From assembly GCA_963745835.1 (NCBI GenBank), contig CAVUZH010000003.1, positions 608,001-672,000 of the forward strand: a DNA stretch of 64,000 bases, in the 5' to 3' direction. Numbering within the stretch: position 1 is the first letter of the stretch; the number at the start of each line of letters is the position of its first letter. The notes under the pieces are model-generated. The model was not told where the DNA came from. It was given only the letters and a program-made list of their open reading frames with translations, and searched no databases. Source of the stretch: an uncultured delta proteobacterium (lineage in GTDB: Bacteria > Desulfobacterota > Binatia > UBA9968). Positions 31,979 through 41,289 of this stretch are shown here, piece after piece. The position numbers and the translations under genes were made by a program.

Positions 31979-32212
31979 TTAGTAGATTATTGATCCGCGT
32001 TCGATTTGTCTTTTACGGTCCTCATATTCTTCGCGGCCTATGCGACCAGCTCGAAAATCGTCTTCGATCTTATCCATTTGCCGTTTGTTATTGTATTCGT
32101 AGCCTCCGCCGGCGCCCAGAGCACCGACCGCTGTTCCTCCCCAGAATTGCGGACTACACCCTACCTGGGCTAGTGCGGCGGTAAACAACAATGCGTAAAT
32201 AGCATTTTTCAT
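31979..32212 (-). CDS. Small lipoprotein
   Basis: QVGC lipobox, glycine-rich segment, AAAGGAG RBS. Confidence 0.75.
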   Translation of the reverse strand: MKNAIYALLFTAALAQVGCSPQFWGGTAVGALGAGGGYEYNNKRQMDKIEDDFRAGRIGREEYEDRKRQIERGSIIY

Positions 32213-32250
32213 ATTGGTCTCCTTTCCTGTTTCTTGCTGTTCGTCAAAAG

Positions 32251-32265
32251 GCAATTCTTATGCCG
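32251..32265 (-). promoter_or_regulatory. Sigma54-type promoter for the lipoprotein gene
   Basis: CGGCAT-AAGAA-TTGC on minus strand. Confidence 0.5.
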
Positions 32266-32440
32266 CATTGGCTTTTTAAAAACTTTTTGGCTTAGCGCGT
32301 TGCACATGTCGCATTTCTGTTGCACTGTTTGAACCCGTTCTCAGCGTTAGGACAGAGCTCACAATGACTTCACCTGCGACTTCCGCTACGGTGTAGGTGA
32401 GAGCATGCAATCAGTATTGACTAGGAAGAGAAGGGATACC

Positions 32441-32974
32441 ATGACATTAGCTGCTGAACTTGCCGCACGTAGAAGCGACCGTTTCCTTGCCCTTATTTTG
32501 GACAATGAAGTCACGGTGGGAGAATTTGTCACGCAACCGCCGCTTCATTGGACTCGCTGTATTCAGCGCAATGACGTATTTCAAGTCGCAGAAGGTTATC
32601 CAACTCTACTGACTGAGGCACAAGCCACTTTGGAAATGAGAAACTGGGATGATGTCTCATTAAAAGCTATCATCGCTGCATTGCCGGCGCTTGGTGAATC
32701 CGTCGATTACATCATCTTCGGCAATAATGCAGGACAGGGCCTACCGCTGGCGCAGAGCTTATCCAGTAATCTGATGGCCGATCGTGCCGCGGTAATTTAC
32801 GCCGAAAGCCTGCCGCAGATGAGCAGGTACCAACAGATTGGCTTTCGCAATTTTTTTCGTAGAAGCGAGGCTGCCACGCGGCTTGTCGATCTGGCAACGA
32901 AATCTCAGCGTCCTTTAGAGCTCTTGTTCATCAACACTATTCAACATGATGAGACGAACTACCATGATCCGTAA
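32441..32974 (+). CDS. Hypothetical alpha/beta protein
   Basis: 177 aa, RBS present, no motif recognised. Confidence 0.7.
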   Translation: MTLAAELAARRSDRFLALILDNEVTVGEFVTQPPLHWTRCIQRNDVFQVAEGYPTLLTEAQATLEMRNWDDVSLKAIIAALPALGESVDYIIFGNNAGQGLPLAQSLSSNLMADRAAVIYAESLPQMSRYQQIGFRNFFRRSEAATRLVDLATKSQRPLELLFINTIQHDETNYHDP

Positions 32975-33144
32975 TGCCGATCTGCAGCATTGGATCTTAG
33001 CGCGTGTGATTGAACAGCGCTGAACGCGAACAGCGGCCTCTGTACGTTCCAATCCCACTGATGCTTGTTCGCTAACGACTGGCAGTTTTTTGAGTTCGTC
33101 AGGAAAACTGTTACGTTGGTAAATTACGCTGACGTCGACAACGG

Positions 33145-35055
33145 ATGCCTTTATTACGCCTAGATAATATTTCGCTATCTTACGGCTATTTGCCATTGCT
33201 CGCTCATGTTCAGTTTCAGATCGATGGCGGCGAGCGGGTCTGTCTTGTCGGTCGAAACGGAACTGGAAAGACGACGTTATTGCGTGTCATCACGGGCGAC
33301 GCTGTTCCGGAAGCAGGCGAGGTTTGGATTCAGGAGGGTTTGCGGGTTGCGCATTTAGAGCAAGAAGTGCCGCCGGACAAGGAGCAAACGATCTTCGAGG
33401 CGGTTGCTTCCGGTTTGGGTGAACTGGGAAAGCTCTTATTCGAATATCATCAGGCGACGCAAAAGGCTGCTGCGAGGGAACGCCCCTCGCTCGATGAATT
33501 AGCAAAACTGGACTCGCGTATCGAATTGGCGGGCGGCTGGAACCTGAACCGGAAGGTTGAAACGGTACTGACCCGGCTGTCACTTCCTCCTGACAAGCCG
33601 ATGAAGGCTTGTTCCGGCGGTGTCCGTCGTCAGGTAATGCTGGCCAAGGCCCTAGTTGGCGAGCCCGATCTCCTGTTGCTGGATGAACCTACTAACCACC
33701 TTGATATCAGCACGATTATTTGGCTCGAGAAGTTTCTCCTAGGTTTTCGCGGCGCATTGATGTTTATCACTCACGATCGAAGCTTTCTGCGCCACTTGGC
33801 TACGCGCATCGTCGAGCTTGATCGCGGTTTGTTGAATTCGTATCCCGGCGATTTCGACGCCTACCTGCGGAAAAAAGACGAGCTTCTGGCGGTCGAAGAA
33901 CGCGCCGCCGCGAAGTTTGACAAGAAACTGGCCGAGGAAGAAGCCTGGATCAGGCGCGGTGTCAAAGCACGGCGGACGCGCAATGAGGGACGCGTGCAGG
34001 CTCTTCAGGAGTTGCGCCGGGAGCGTAGCCAGCGTTTGGACGCCCTGGGTAAAGCCAGTTTTGGTATTGATGCCGGCACTTTGTCAGGAAAGCTGGTGGT
34101 CGATATGCGTCGTGTAAGTTTCGGCTATGGCAATGATCTGGTTGTTCGGAAGTTGTCGACGCGCATATTACGCGGTGATCGAATCGGCATTATCGGCCCA
34201 AACGGTTCCGGCAAGACTACGCTGCTCAAGCTGATGTTGGGTGAGATAACGCCAACCAGCGGAGAAGTCGTCTTGGGCACGCGCCTCCAGTTGGCCTACT
34301 TTGATCAGCATCGGCGTATTCTGGATCCCGAGAAGACGGTGCGCGAAAATCTCAGCGACTCCGATTACGTTTCAGTTCAAGGCGGTTCGCGTCATGTAAT
34401 CGGATATTTGAAAGATTTTCTGTTCCCGCCGCAACGGATCGACTCGCCGGTAAAGGCTTTGTCTGGCGGCGAACGCAATCGATTACTGCTGGCCAAAATT
34501 TTCACCCAACCCGCCAACCTGATAGTGCTCGATGAGCCCACCAATGATCTCGATGTCGATACACTAGAGCTGCTGGAAGATCTGCTAGCCGACTTCCAAG
34601 GAACACTGTTGCTTGTAAGCCATGATCGCACGTTTCTAGATAATATCGTTACCAGCACATTGGTCTATGAAGGCGCTGGAAGGTTTGTCGAATATGCCGG
34701 CGGCTACTCGGACTGGGTACGTTGCCAGGAACTGAGCCGAGCAAGCCCTGCTAAGACGCAGCGCCGAAGTCCTGTGGCCGCAATCGCCGCCCAGCCTGAT
34801 CGGCCCGGCAGAAATAATGGTAAGTTGTCGTACAAGGAGAGGCGCGAGCTTGAATCGCTACCGGCTAGAATTGAAGCACTGGAGGCAGAGCAGTCAGAAC
34901 TACAACTTAAGATGGCACAGACTGATTTCTACCGGCAACCCGGCACGACAATTACCTCGGCTCTCGAGCGACTCGAGGCGCTCGGAAATCAATTGGAAGA
35001 ATGCTACGCGCGGTGGCAATCGTTAGAATCCCAGCTGAGTGCCCGCGGCGATTGA
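33145..35055 (+). CDS. uup: ABC-F ATPase Uup
   Basis: Two ABC domains (GRNGTGKTT, GPNGSGKTT), EEAWIRRGVKARRTRNEGRV, C-terminal KLSYKE.RELE coiled coil. Confidence 0.95.
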   Translation: MPLLRLDNISLSYGYLPLLAHVQFQIDGGERVCLVGRNGTGKTTLLRVITGDAVPEAGEVWIQEGLRVAHLEQEVPPDKEQTIFEAVASGLGELGKLLFEYHQATQKAAARERPSLDELAKLDSRIELAGGWNLNRKVETVLTRLSLPPDKPMKACSGGVRRQVMLAKALVGEPDLLLLDEPTNHLDISTIIWLEKFLLGFRGALMFITHDRSFLRHLATRIVELDRGLLNSYPGDFDAYLRKKDELLAVEERAAAKFDKKLAEEEAWIRRGVKARRTRNEGRVQALQELRRERSQRLDALGKASFGIDAGTLSGKLVVDMRRVSFGYGNDLVVRKLSTRILRGDRIGIIGPNGSGKTTLLKLMLGEITPTSGEVVLGTRLQLAYFDQHRRILDPEKTVRENLSDSDYVSVQGGSRHVIGYLKDFLFPPQRIDSPVKALSGGERNRLLLAKIFTQPANLIVLDEPTNDLDVDTLELLEDLLADFQGTLLLVSHDRTFLDNIVTSTLVYEGAGRFVEYAGGYSDWVRCQELSRASPAKTQRRSPVAAIAAQPDRPGRNNGKLSYKERRELESLPARIEALEAEQSELQLKMAQTDFYRQPGTTITSALERLEALGNQLEECYARWQSLESQLSARGD

Positions 35056-35098
35056 ACTGTCCGCATCCTTTCACTTTTTCTCTATTAAAGATATTGCC

Positions 35099-35815
35099 TT
35101 AAAGATATTGCCGCCCCTGAATAGGATCAGGCACTCTCAACCCTAGTTTTTCAATGAGCGGGTCAACCTCGCGCATGAATTCCTGCCGCGCTTGGGCGTT
35201 GGTTCTACGTTTTAACCCCCAATAAATGTATCGCCTGTCGCGGGTCGAGTCCGATCGGCCGAACATATCCAGGGCTTTGACATACCACCTATCTAGCGCC
35301 GCTTGCACTTTCTCTCTCGATTCTTCTCCTTTACCGGCGAGCTCGGCTGTTTTGCTTTCGCCGTAACCCACGTGGCCAATCTCTTCTTTGATGATGGTCG
35401 GCAGAATCTCAGTTAGCGGCTGATAGCTGCAACCAAAGAACTCTTCGAGTTGGTAACGTCCCACACGATCGATTAGGAATCCGAAGACTGCGAAATCCTC
35501 CCAGGTGTTGATGGTTCCCCGGAATGCCTCCAGGTAACGCTCCTGGTTGGGCCAGCTTAATACGAACGACACATCGACGCCGAAATCTCCAGCTACGCGC
35601 GCGATCTTGCGGTAATGGTCAAGCTCTTCAGATGCGGTGCGCGCAACAAGTAATTGGTCGGTCTTCGTCGGAGCGGACGGCAAAATATCCTTTGCATAAA
35701 GATGCGGCCCGCCAATTTCGCAATCCGCTTGGATTGTCACGACTCGGGTTAGAAGATCGCGATACTCAGGGTCCAGTTGTTCAAGATCTTTAAGCTCAAC
35801 TTTTTCACGAAACAT
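35099..35815 (-). CDS. PaaA/PaaC-like (ferritin-like diiron) oxygenase subunit
   Basis: QADCEIGG, EELDH, EEIGH, LDMFGRSDS, WGLKRRTN. Confidence 0.8.
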   Translation of the reverse strand: MFREKVELKDLEQLDPEYRDLLTRVVTIQADCEIGGPHLYAKDILPSAPTKTDQLLVARTASEELDHYRKIARVAGDFGVDVSFVLSWPNQERYLEAFRGTINTWEDFAVFGFLIDRVGRYQLEEFFGCSYQPLTEILPTIIKEEIGHVGYGESKTAELAGKGEESREKVQAALDRWYVKALDMFGRSDSTRDRRYIYWGLKRRTNAQARQEFMREVDPLIEKLGLRVPDPIQGRQYL

Positions 35816-35968
35816 TCGTCCTCCCTTTTTCCTCTCCATTGCTTCCGAGGTATTCAGAATTCGGGTATGAGGTCACAAGCGTTCGTTTGAATTAGTACCA
35901 GACAGCATTTGCGCTGGTTTAAATCGCGGTGATGTGCCTGTTCTATCGGTATCGCGAATTGGAAAAAC

Positions 35969-35983
35969 GCAGCTTCTATGCCA
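35969..35983 (-). promoter_or_regulatory. Sigma54-type promoter candidate
   Basis: TGGCAT-AGAAG-CTGC on minus strand upstream of the PaaA-like gene. Confidence 0.35.
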
Positions 35984-36054
35984 CGCGGTAGCGCCTGTCA
36001 AGTTTATCTGCAGCACCACGTCAATCGATGATATAGAGAGCGTTCGCATTCAAC

Positions 36055-36088
36055 CAAGGCTTAGCTATGAACAAGGCTTAGCTATGAA
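36055..36088 (+). repeat. Perfect 17-bp tandem duplication
   Basis: CAAGGCTTAGCTATGAA x2. Confidence 0.9.
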
Positions 36089-36363
36089 GAAGGGACGGCG
36101 GGTTCCGGGATGATTCGAACCGGATCTCACATCTGGAACAGGTGGTTGCACTTAAGCATGGTTGTTAATGGAGTTACGGAGGATCGAGTTGGAAGACACC
36201 ATAATAAACTGCTCGCGTAGATAAATTATCCATTAAAAGGACGTGCTAAATGTTTGTTCTTACGAACGTTATAAGCTTCAATTTGGCTGCCAAATTCCTG
36301 TGGAGTGCAATCTATATGGTTGATGATTTCATTGGGATCCGACGCTAATTCGAAGACAAATAT

Positions 36364-36455
36364 TGTCTCGCAACTGATACAGCGCAAGGGCATTTGTCCG
36401 AACATAGAGACGGTAAATCATACGTACGGAACAATTTTGCTGGTACAAAATTTGC
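36364..36455 (+). promoter_or_regulatory. Sigma54 promoter with two upstream palindromic activator sites
   Basis: TGTCTC-N6-GATACA (36364-36381), TGTCCG-N6-GAGACG (36395-36412), TGGTAC-AAAAT-TTGC (36441-36455). Confidence 0.55.
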
Positions 36456-36557
36456 GCCACTTTCGGGAGCAACTCGCCATCCTCCAGTGACTACGATAGT
36501 AGGGCCTGATCATGTGAGAATTTAGATAGATTAAAAAATAAAGAGGGAGGTGAAATT

Positions 36558-37034
36558 ATGTTCGTTGAAACCTACAGGCAGGAAAACAGCGGATCCATAA
36601 TGGCAGGAGGGGACGCGAGACCGATACCCTATCCGAAGATCTCTCAGGAGGATTGGCGCGTCTGGACTCTATTTCTTCCAGTCCGATCAGCCAACATCAA
36701 TCGAATTTCCGCTCGGGCCATCAAGGAAGAGTCCCTGCATTTTTCTTACGGAATTCCGTACGCTCTCACAGAAGAGGTGCAGAAAGCTACGGAGTTATTC
36801 GACAAGGTCGAGGTATGGCGCAAACGCGATGTCAGTAAGGATCCGATCGCGGTTGGCGTGCTTGATGGCGAGCGCTATCTGATTGCCCGATGGGGAATGG
36901 AAAAGTTATTGCCGTTTGAGACTATCAAGAAAGCCGTCCCGCTTATCCTGGCTTGGAAGTACGCGACCGGGCCTGCGGGTGCCATGGCCGGTTTAGTCGG
37001 CATGGGTTTTCTCGCGTGGGGAATGCTTTTCTAG
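36558..37034 (+). CDS. Hypothetical protein with C-terminal TM (KDPIAVG...YLIARWG motif)
   Basis: GGAGGTG RBS, own promoter and terminator. Confidence 0.8.
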   Translation: MFVETYRQENSGSIMAGGDARPIPYPKISQEDWRVWTLFLPVRSANINRISARAIKEESLHFSYGIPYALTEEVQKATELFDKVEVWRKRDVSKDPIAVGVLDGERYLIARWGMEKLLPFETIKKAVPLILAWKYATGPAGAMAGLVGMGFLAWGMLF

Positions 37035-37059
37035 TCTTCGATTGACTAGTTTGAACGAT

Positions 37060-37104
37060 GAAAGCGGTTAGAGTGATTTTCCCTGGATCTCTCTAACCGC
37101 TTTC
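37060..37104 (+). terminator. Stem-loop terminator
   Basis: GAAAGCGGTTAGAG ... CTCTAACCGCTTTC, 14-bp stem. Confidence 0.7.
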
Positions 37105-37343
37105 GATAAGTTATAATCCTTTACTACTTAAGTAAGAGGCCCGGATCGTCACGTCAGCTGTGCGGACGGATGCTCTCTCATCCTCGTTGCGGTTTGTATG
37201 CCCACCAATAATCGCCACCCTTTTATTTATTCACAGCGGCCGGTCTAAATCTACGATCCTGTTTAGCAGACAATCTGACTATTGATGGGCCAGAGAATAT
37301 GCTACTTTCGGCAAGATTTTCCCTGTAATCCTAGGAGGACATC

Positions 37344-38267
37344 TTGCAGATGCGCATTGCAGCAGTCGACCTGATTAGCAACACATGTTTCCCGGCGTTG
37401 GCTGCAGATGAGCTAGGTTTCTTCAAGGCGGAGGGTCTGGATGCGCGAATCGAGTTGGTCGCATCGTTAGGCGCCACAAAAGCGTTACACGACGGTAGTG
37501 CCGATGCAATGATCGCGGGCTCGGTGCATGACGTGTTAACGGAGTTTCCTCAATGGAAAGGAGTCAAGATAGTCGTGGCTCTTTCGAAAGGGACTCCTTG
37601 GCTGCTCGTCGTACGTGCTGACCTTACCGCCAAACGTGGCGACCTCAGCGCAATCAAGGGACTTCGTCTTACGGCTGCCGAAGGCCCCGACCTTGCGCTT
37701 CGGCAAATGCTGATCGGCGCGAAGATTGATCCTGATCGAGATTTACAAATCATCGAATTGCCCGGCGCCAAAGCGCGTGACGTCTCGTTCGGGGTGTTTG
37801 CCGCCCGGGCATTGGAGGCAGGACAAATTGATGGTTTCTGGGCCAATGCGATGGGTGCTGAGACTGCGGTTAGCCGTGGAGTCGGCAAAGTTCTCGTCGA
37901 TGTGCGCCGGGGTGACGACCCAGGAGAAGTCCGGCGCTTCACTTTCGCGGGAATGGTGACGAGCGATATTTTCAGCGAAAGTAACCCAGCCGCCGTGTCT
38001 GCCGCTGTGCGTGCCATAGTGAAAACGCAAAAAGCTTTGAAAGCAGATCCCAGGCTTGCCGCGGAAGTTGGGCGGCGTAAGTTTCCCAAGGAAGCCGCAG
38101 ACTTGATAAGCACAGTTGTTAAACGAGATCTGGTATTTTATGACCCGGTCATCTTGCAAGAAGAGGTTGAAGCCATGAACCGATTTGCCCAAGCGGTGGG
38201 GCACTTATCCGGCGCTGTACCCTATGATGAGGTCGTTGCCACGCGTTTTCGCGACTCGTGGCAGTAG
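37344..38267 (+). CDS. ABC substrate-binding protein (NMT1/SsuA-like)
   Basis: A.ELGFFKAEGLD motif; no signal peptide seen. Confidence 0.85.
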   Translation: MQMRIAAVDLISNTCFPALAADELGFFKAEGLDARIELVASLGATKALHDGSADAMIAGSVHDVLTEFPQWKGVKIVVALSKGTPWLLVVRADLTAKRGDLSAIKGLRLTAAEGPDLALRQMLIGAKIDPDRDLQIIELPGAKARDVSFGVFAARALEAGQIDGFWANAMGAETAVSRGVGKVLVDVRRGDDPGEVRRFTFAGMVTSDIFSESNPAAVSAAVRAIVKTQKALKADPRLAAEVGRRKFPKEAADLISTVVKRDLVFYDPVILQEEVEAMNRFAQAVGHLSGAVPYDEVVATRFRDSWQ

Positions 38268-38461
38268 GTGATCCGGGATAGAAAAACAGCAGCTCTCTGT
38301 GAACCAGAAAGCAGGCCACCCCCCCTCAACAATCTTGGTCCGTCATGGCCAGTGGAGACCAACGCCTATCTCGCTGAAAAAATCGATTGCGCACAATACC
38401 GTACTGCGGTAATTCTCGACCCGATTCCGGTTGTATCCGATGCGATGCGAGGAACCGAACC

Positions 38462-39250
38462 ATGGGAAACCGAACCTACAGCAGATTTCCGGTTAAGCGA
38501 TCCTTGCTAATTTTTGCCGCCGCCATTTGTATCTGGCCCGTCATGGCATTGGCCGAGACCGACAAAGTTCCAAATGAACTTGTCAATCAGGCGGCGAATG
38601 CCGGGAAAGTACTTGTGCTCGTTGGCCTGAACGTTCCCTGGACTCTAGAAGGGACGCTAACGGAGAATGAGATCGTCACCCAGCGTCAGGCCATTGGGTT
38701 GGCGCAGAACGATCTGCTTACCCAGTTAGCCGGCACAGAGTTCAGGATCGTTCGCGTTTATGACTCGATTCCCGGGATCGCCTTGGAGGTGGGGAACGAT
38801 GCATTGGCGGTGCTCAGGAAATCCAACAGCGTCAGCAATGTCTTGCCGGATCGCCCGATCAACCCCGCGGCGTCCCCGGGTGAAATCGAGGGGGCCTCGA
38901 CGAAGACACCGGTTAGAGACCCGCCGCTGAATCCTGGAGTGGTTCCAACCGACCTTTTTATCGAGGCAGCGAACTCAGGCGCAGTCCTTGTGCTAGTCGG
39001 TTTGAAAACACCATGGAGCCCGGAAGGGCCTCTCAGCAAAGAAATGGTGGCCGCGCAAAGAGGGGCGATTGCCGCGGCGCAAAATTATCTATTAACGGAA
39101 CTGGGTGATACAGAATATAGAATCACCCGCCGTTACCGAGCTATTCCCGGCATCGCCTTGGAAGTAGGGCTGGACGCGTTGAAAGTTCTGGCCCGCTCAG
39201 TAGCCGTCACTAACGTATTGCGCGATCGACCAGCGATCTCCGCGAGGTAG
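38462..39250 (+). CDS. Secreted protein with two tandem subtilisin-propeptide (inhibitor I9)-like domains
   Basis: Signal peptide; repeats VLVLVGL..PW..EG.L....QR.AI..AQN.LL..L..TE.RI.R.Y..IPGIALEVG.DAL..L..S..V.NVL.DRP; no protease domain. Confidence 0.75.
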   Translation: MGNRTYSRFPVKRSLLIFAAAICIWPVMALAETDKVPNELVNQAANAGKVLVLVGLNVPWTLEGTLTENEIVTQRQAIGLAQNDLLTQLAGTEFRIVRVYDSIPGIALEVGNDALAVLRKSNSVSNVLPDRPINPAASPGEIEGASTKTPVRDPPLNPGVVPTDLFIEAANSGAVLVLVGLKTPWSPEGPLSKEMVAAQRGAIAAAQNYLLTELGDTEYRITRRYRAIPGIALEVGLDALKVLARSVAVTNVLRDRPAISAR

Positions 39251-39531
39251 GAGTCTTCTTCCGGGCGTTACTTTTTCACTTTCTTGCAGGCAAGTTCCTT
39301 CACGCGATCGCAGAGTCCCTTCTGCTGTATCAGGTCGCCACACCCAACAATCTGCACGAAAACACGGCGGCAGCTCTATCAGGAGATTTTGAAAAGTCAG
39401 TAAAAAGCGGCTATGACTGAGACAGTTCGCCCGTTCAATTTCCATATTCGCATAGATGCGTTAGCGGAGGCATATGTTCTTGGACAACTCGAAGTGCTCT
39501 TCGAAAACTTCCTGGCACAGTAGAGGGAATT

Positions 39532-39837
39532 ATGCTCGTAGTATCGAATAGAATTCAGGTCTCCCGGGGTTTCGAAAAAGAATTTGAGGAACGATTCGCC
39601 GGTAGAGCAGGACTAGTGGACAAAATGCCTGGGTTCATTCGGCTTGAGATTTTGCGGCCGATCAAGAGCGACTACTACATCGTGCTCACCCACTGGCAAG
39701 ACGAGGCATCCTTTCGACGGTGGACCGACAGCAAAGAGTTTCAGGAAGCGCACAGGAACCGGCCGCGCGCCGAGATATTTGCCGGCCCTAATGTTTTCGA
39801 AATGCACGAAGTCATCCAGCAGTCGGAGAAGAGCTAA
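39532..39837 (+). CDS. Antibiotic biosynthesis monooxygenase family (IsdG/HmoA-like)
   Basis: NRI.V, FEERF..R, PGF, W.DE.SF..W..S..F.EAH. Confidence 0.88.
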   Translation: MLVVSNRIQVSRGFEKEFEERFAGRAGLVDKMPGFIRLEILRPIKSDYYIVLTHWQDEASFRRWTDSKEFQEAHRNRPRAEIFAGPNVFEMHEVIQQSEKS

Positions 39838-39860
39838 ATCAGACGTCTACAACTGGAAGA

Positions 39861-40094
39861 ATGTCATCCTGCTCCCACACCACGCTCGAGTTACTGCCTG
39901 AGGCTGCAAGTCGACTGCGTTGCCGCCACTGTCATTTGACCCTTCCTCGCGACGATTTGAAAGATGGTTTCTGTCCGGAATGTTTCGATAATTCGGGATT
40001 AAAGCGATACGAGTTCGAGGAATTGGTCGAGGAAAAGAGCGGCGTTGCCCGGTACCGCTGCGAGAAGTGCGGAGTCATCATCAACAGCCGCTAA
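39861..40094 (+). CDS. Small multi-CxxC zinc-ribbon protein
   Basis: CSH, CRHC, CPEC, CEKC. Confidence 0.7.
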   Translation: MSSCSHTTLELLPEAASRLRCRHCHLTLPRDDLKDGFCPECFDNSGLKRYEFEELVEEKSGVARYRCEKCGVIINSR

Positions 40095-40285
40095 GAAATA
40101 GCGCTCCCTTGATCCGAATTTGCCGTTGGTTGCCGATCTTACCATTCGCCCAGCCAGCTTGACACTTCTTTCCGCCAGTTGATAAGGTCCGCGTCAGCGT
40201 GGTTCGTCAGATCGGCATAAGTATATCTACTAACCAGGTAACCAGGGTTCGATTACCCTTCTACCAGCGTCCAAGGAAGAGACAG

Positions 40286-41272
40286 ATGATTAAAATAATG
40301 TATGCATTGGTTTGTACCGTGGTCGTTTGTATTGCCTCGGTTAACGCGGCATCAGCGAGAGATAATCTGCCCATCGGCTATACCGCGATCACCGGCATCA
40401 AAGCGGGGTTGTGGGTGGCCGAAGAGGCGGGAATTTTCGAAAAATACAATATCCAGCCGCATCTTATTTTGATCACCTCGGGATCAAAGATGGTCCAGGC
40501 AATGCTGGGGGGTGATTTACCCCTGGCAGGAGCCGCCGGCAATGCTGCCGTGGATGCTGCTCTGGCGGGCGCGGATATTGTAATGATCGGTGCTCTAGCC
40601 AAAGTGCCCGCTTTTTATATTATGGCGCTGCCGGAGATCAAATCGATTGAGGACCTGCGCGGCAAGCCCGTTGCCGTTACCCGGTTCGGGTCTTCAACCG
40701 ATTTCACAATGCGCTATCTGTTGCGTAAACACGGCATGAATCCTGACCGTGACGTTACCATGGTCCAGACCGGCGATATCTTCGCCGCCGCCGCGATGAT
40801 GAAGACCAAGGCCATTGTCGCCGCCCCATTTTCCAGCCCGGCGAACTTAAGAGCACAGGAGGCGGGTGCTCGTGTGTTGATGAATATGGGTAAAGCGGGA
40901 ATCTACTTTCCGCATGACGCCTGGATGGCCAGCCGGTCCTATATCAATGCGAACGAAGATCTCATTCGTCGATTCATGAAGGGCTATTCCGAAGGAGTCG
41001 CCAAACTTTTCAGCGACCCGGATCTCAGTCGCAGAGCAATCAGGAGATTTACGCGGGCGACGGATCCAAAAATCGTCGATGCTGTTTATCAGTATGCCGT
41101 GGATTATGTCGAGAAGATTCCCTACAACACCCGCGAGGGTATCCAGGAGGTATTGAATCAAGCGGCGGCTAGAAACCCTAAAGCCAAAGACGCGAAGCCC
41201 GAAGCTTTTTACGATGATCGCTTTGTCAAGGAGTTAGATAGCCAGGGATTTTATAAACAGTTATGGAAGTAA
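40286..41272 (+). CDS. ABC substrate-binding protein (NMT1/THI5-like)
   Basis: Signal peptide; W.A.EAG.FEKY, DLRGK.VAVTRFGSSTDF. Confidence 0.9.
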   Translation: MIKIMYALVCTVVVCIASVNAASARDNLPIGYTAITGIKAGLWVAEEAGIFEKYNIQPHLILITSGSKMVQAMLGGDLPLAGAAGNAAVDAALAGADIVMIGALAKVPAFYIMALPEIKSIEDLRGKPVAVTRFGSSTDFTMRYLLRKHGMNPDRDVTMVQTGDIFAAAAMMKTKAIVAAPFSSPANLRAQEAGARVLMNMGKAGIYFPHDAWMASRSYINANEDLIRRFMKGYSEGVAKLFSDPDLSRRAIRRFTRATDPKIVDAVYQYAVDYVEKIPYNTREGIQEVLNQAAARNPKAKDAKPEAFYDDRFVKELDSQGFYKQLWK

Positions 41273-41289
41273 AGCTCGACGGAGGGTCT

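Noticed and set aside
36095-36125. tRNA 3' fragment on minus strand (CCGGTTCGAAT...)
   Set aside because: T-stem is interrupted and there is no CCA or partner repeat
40190-40275. tRNA-like element (GGGTTCGATTACCC...CCA)
   Set aside because: T-arm-like piece only; no consistent acceptor, D or anticodon stems
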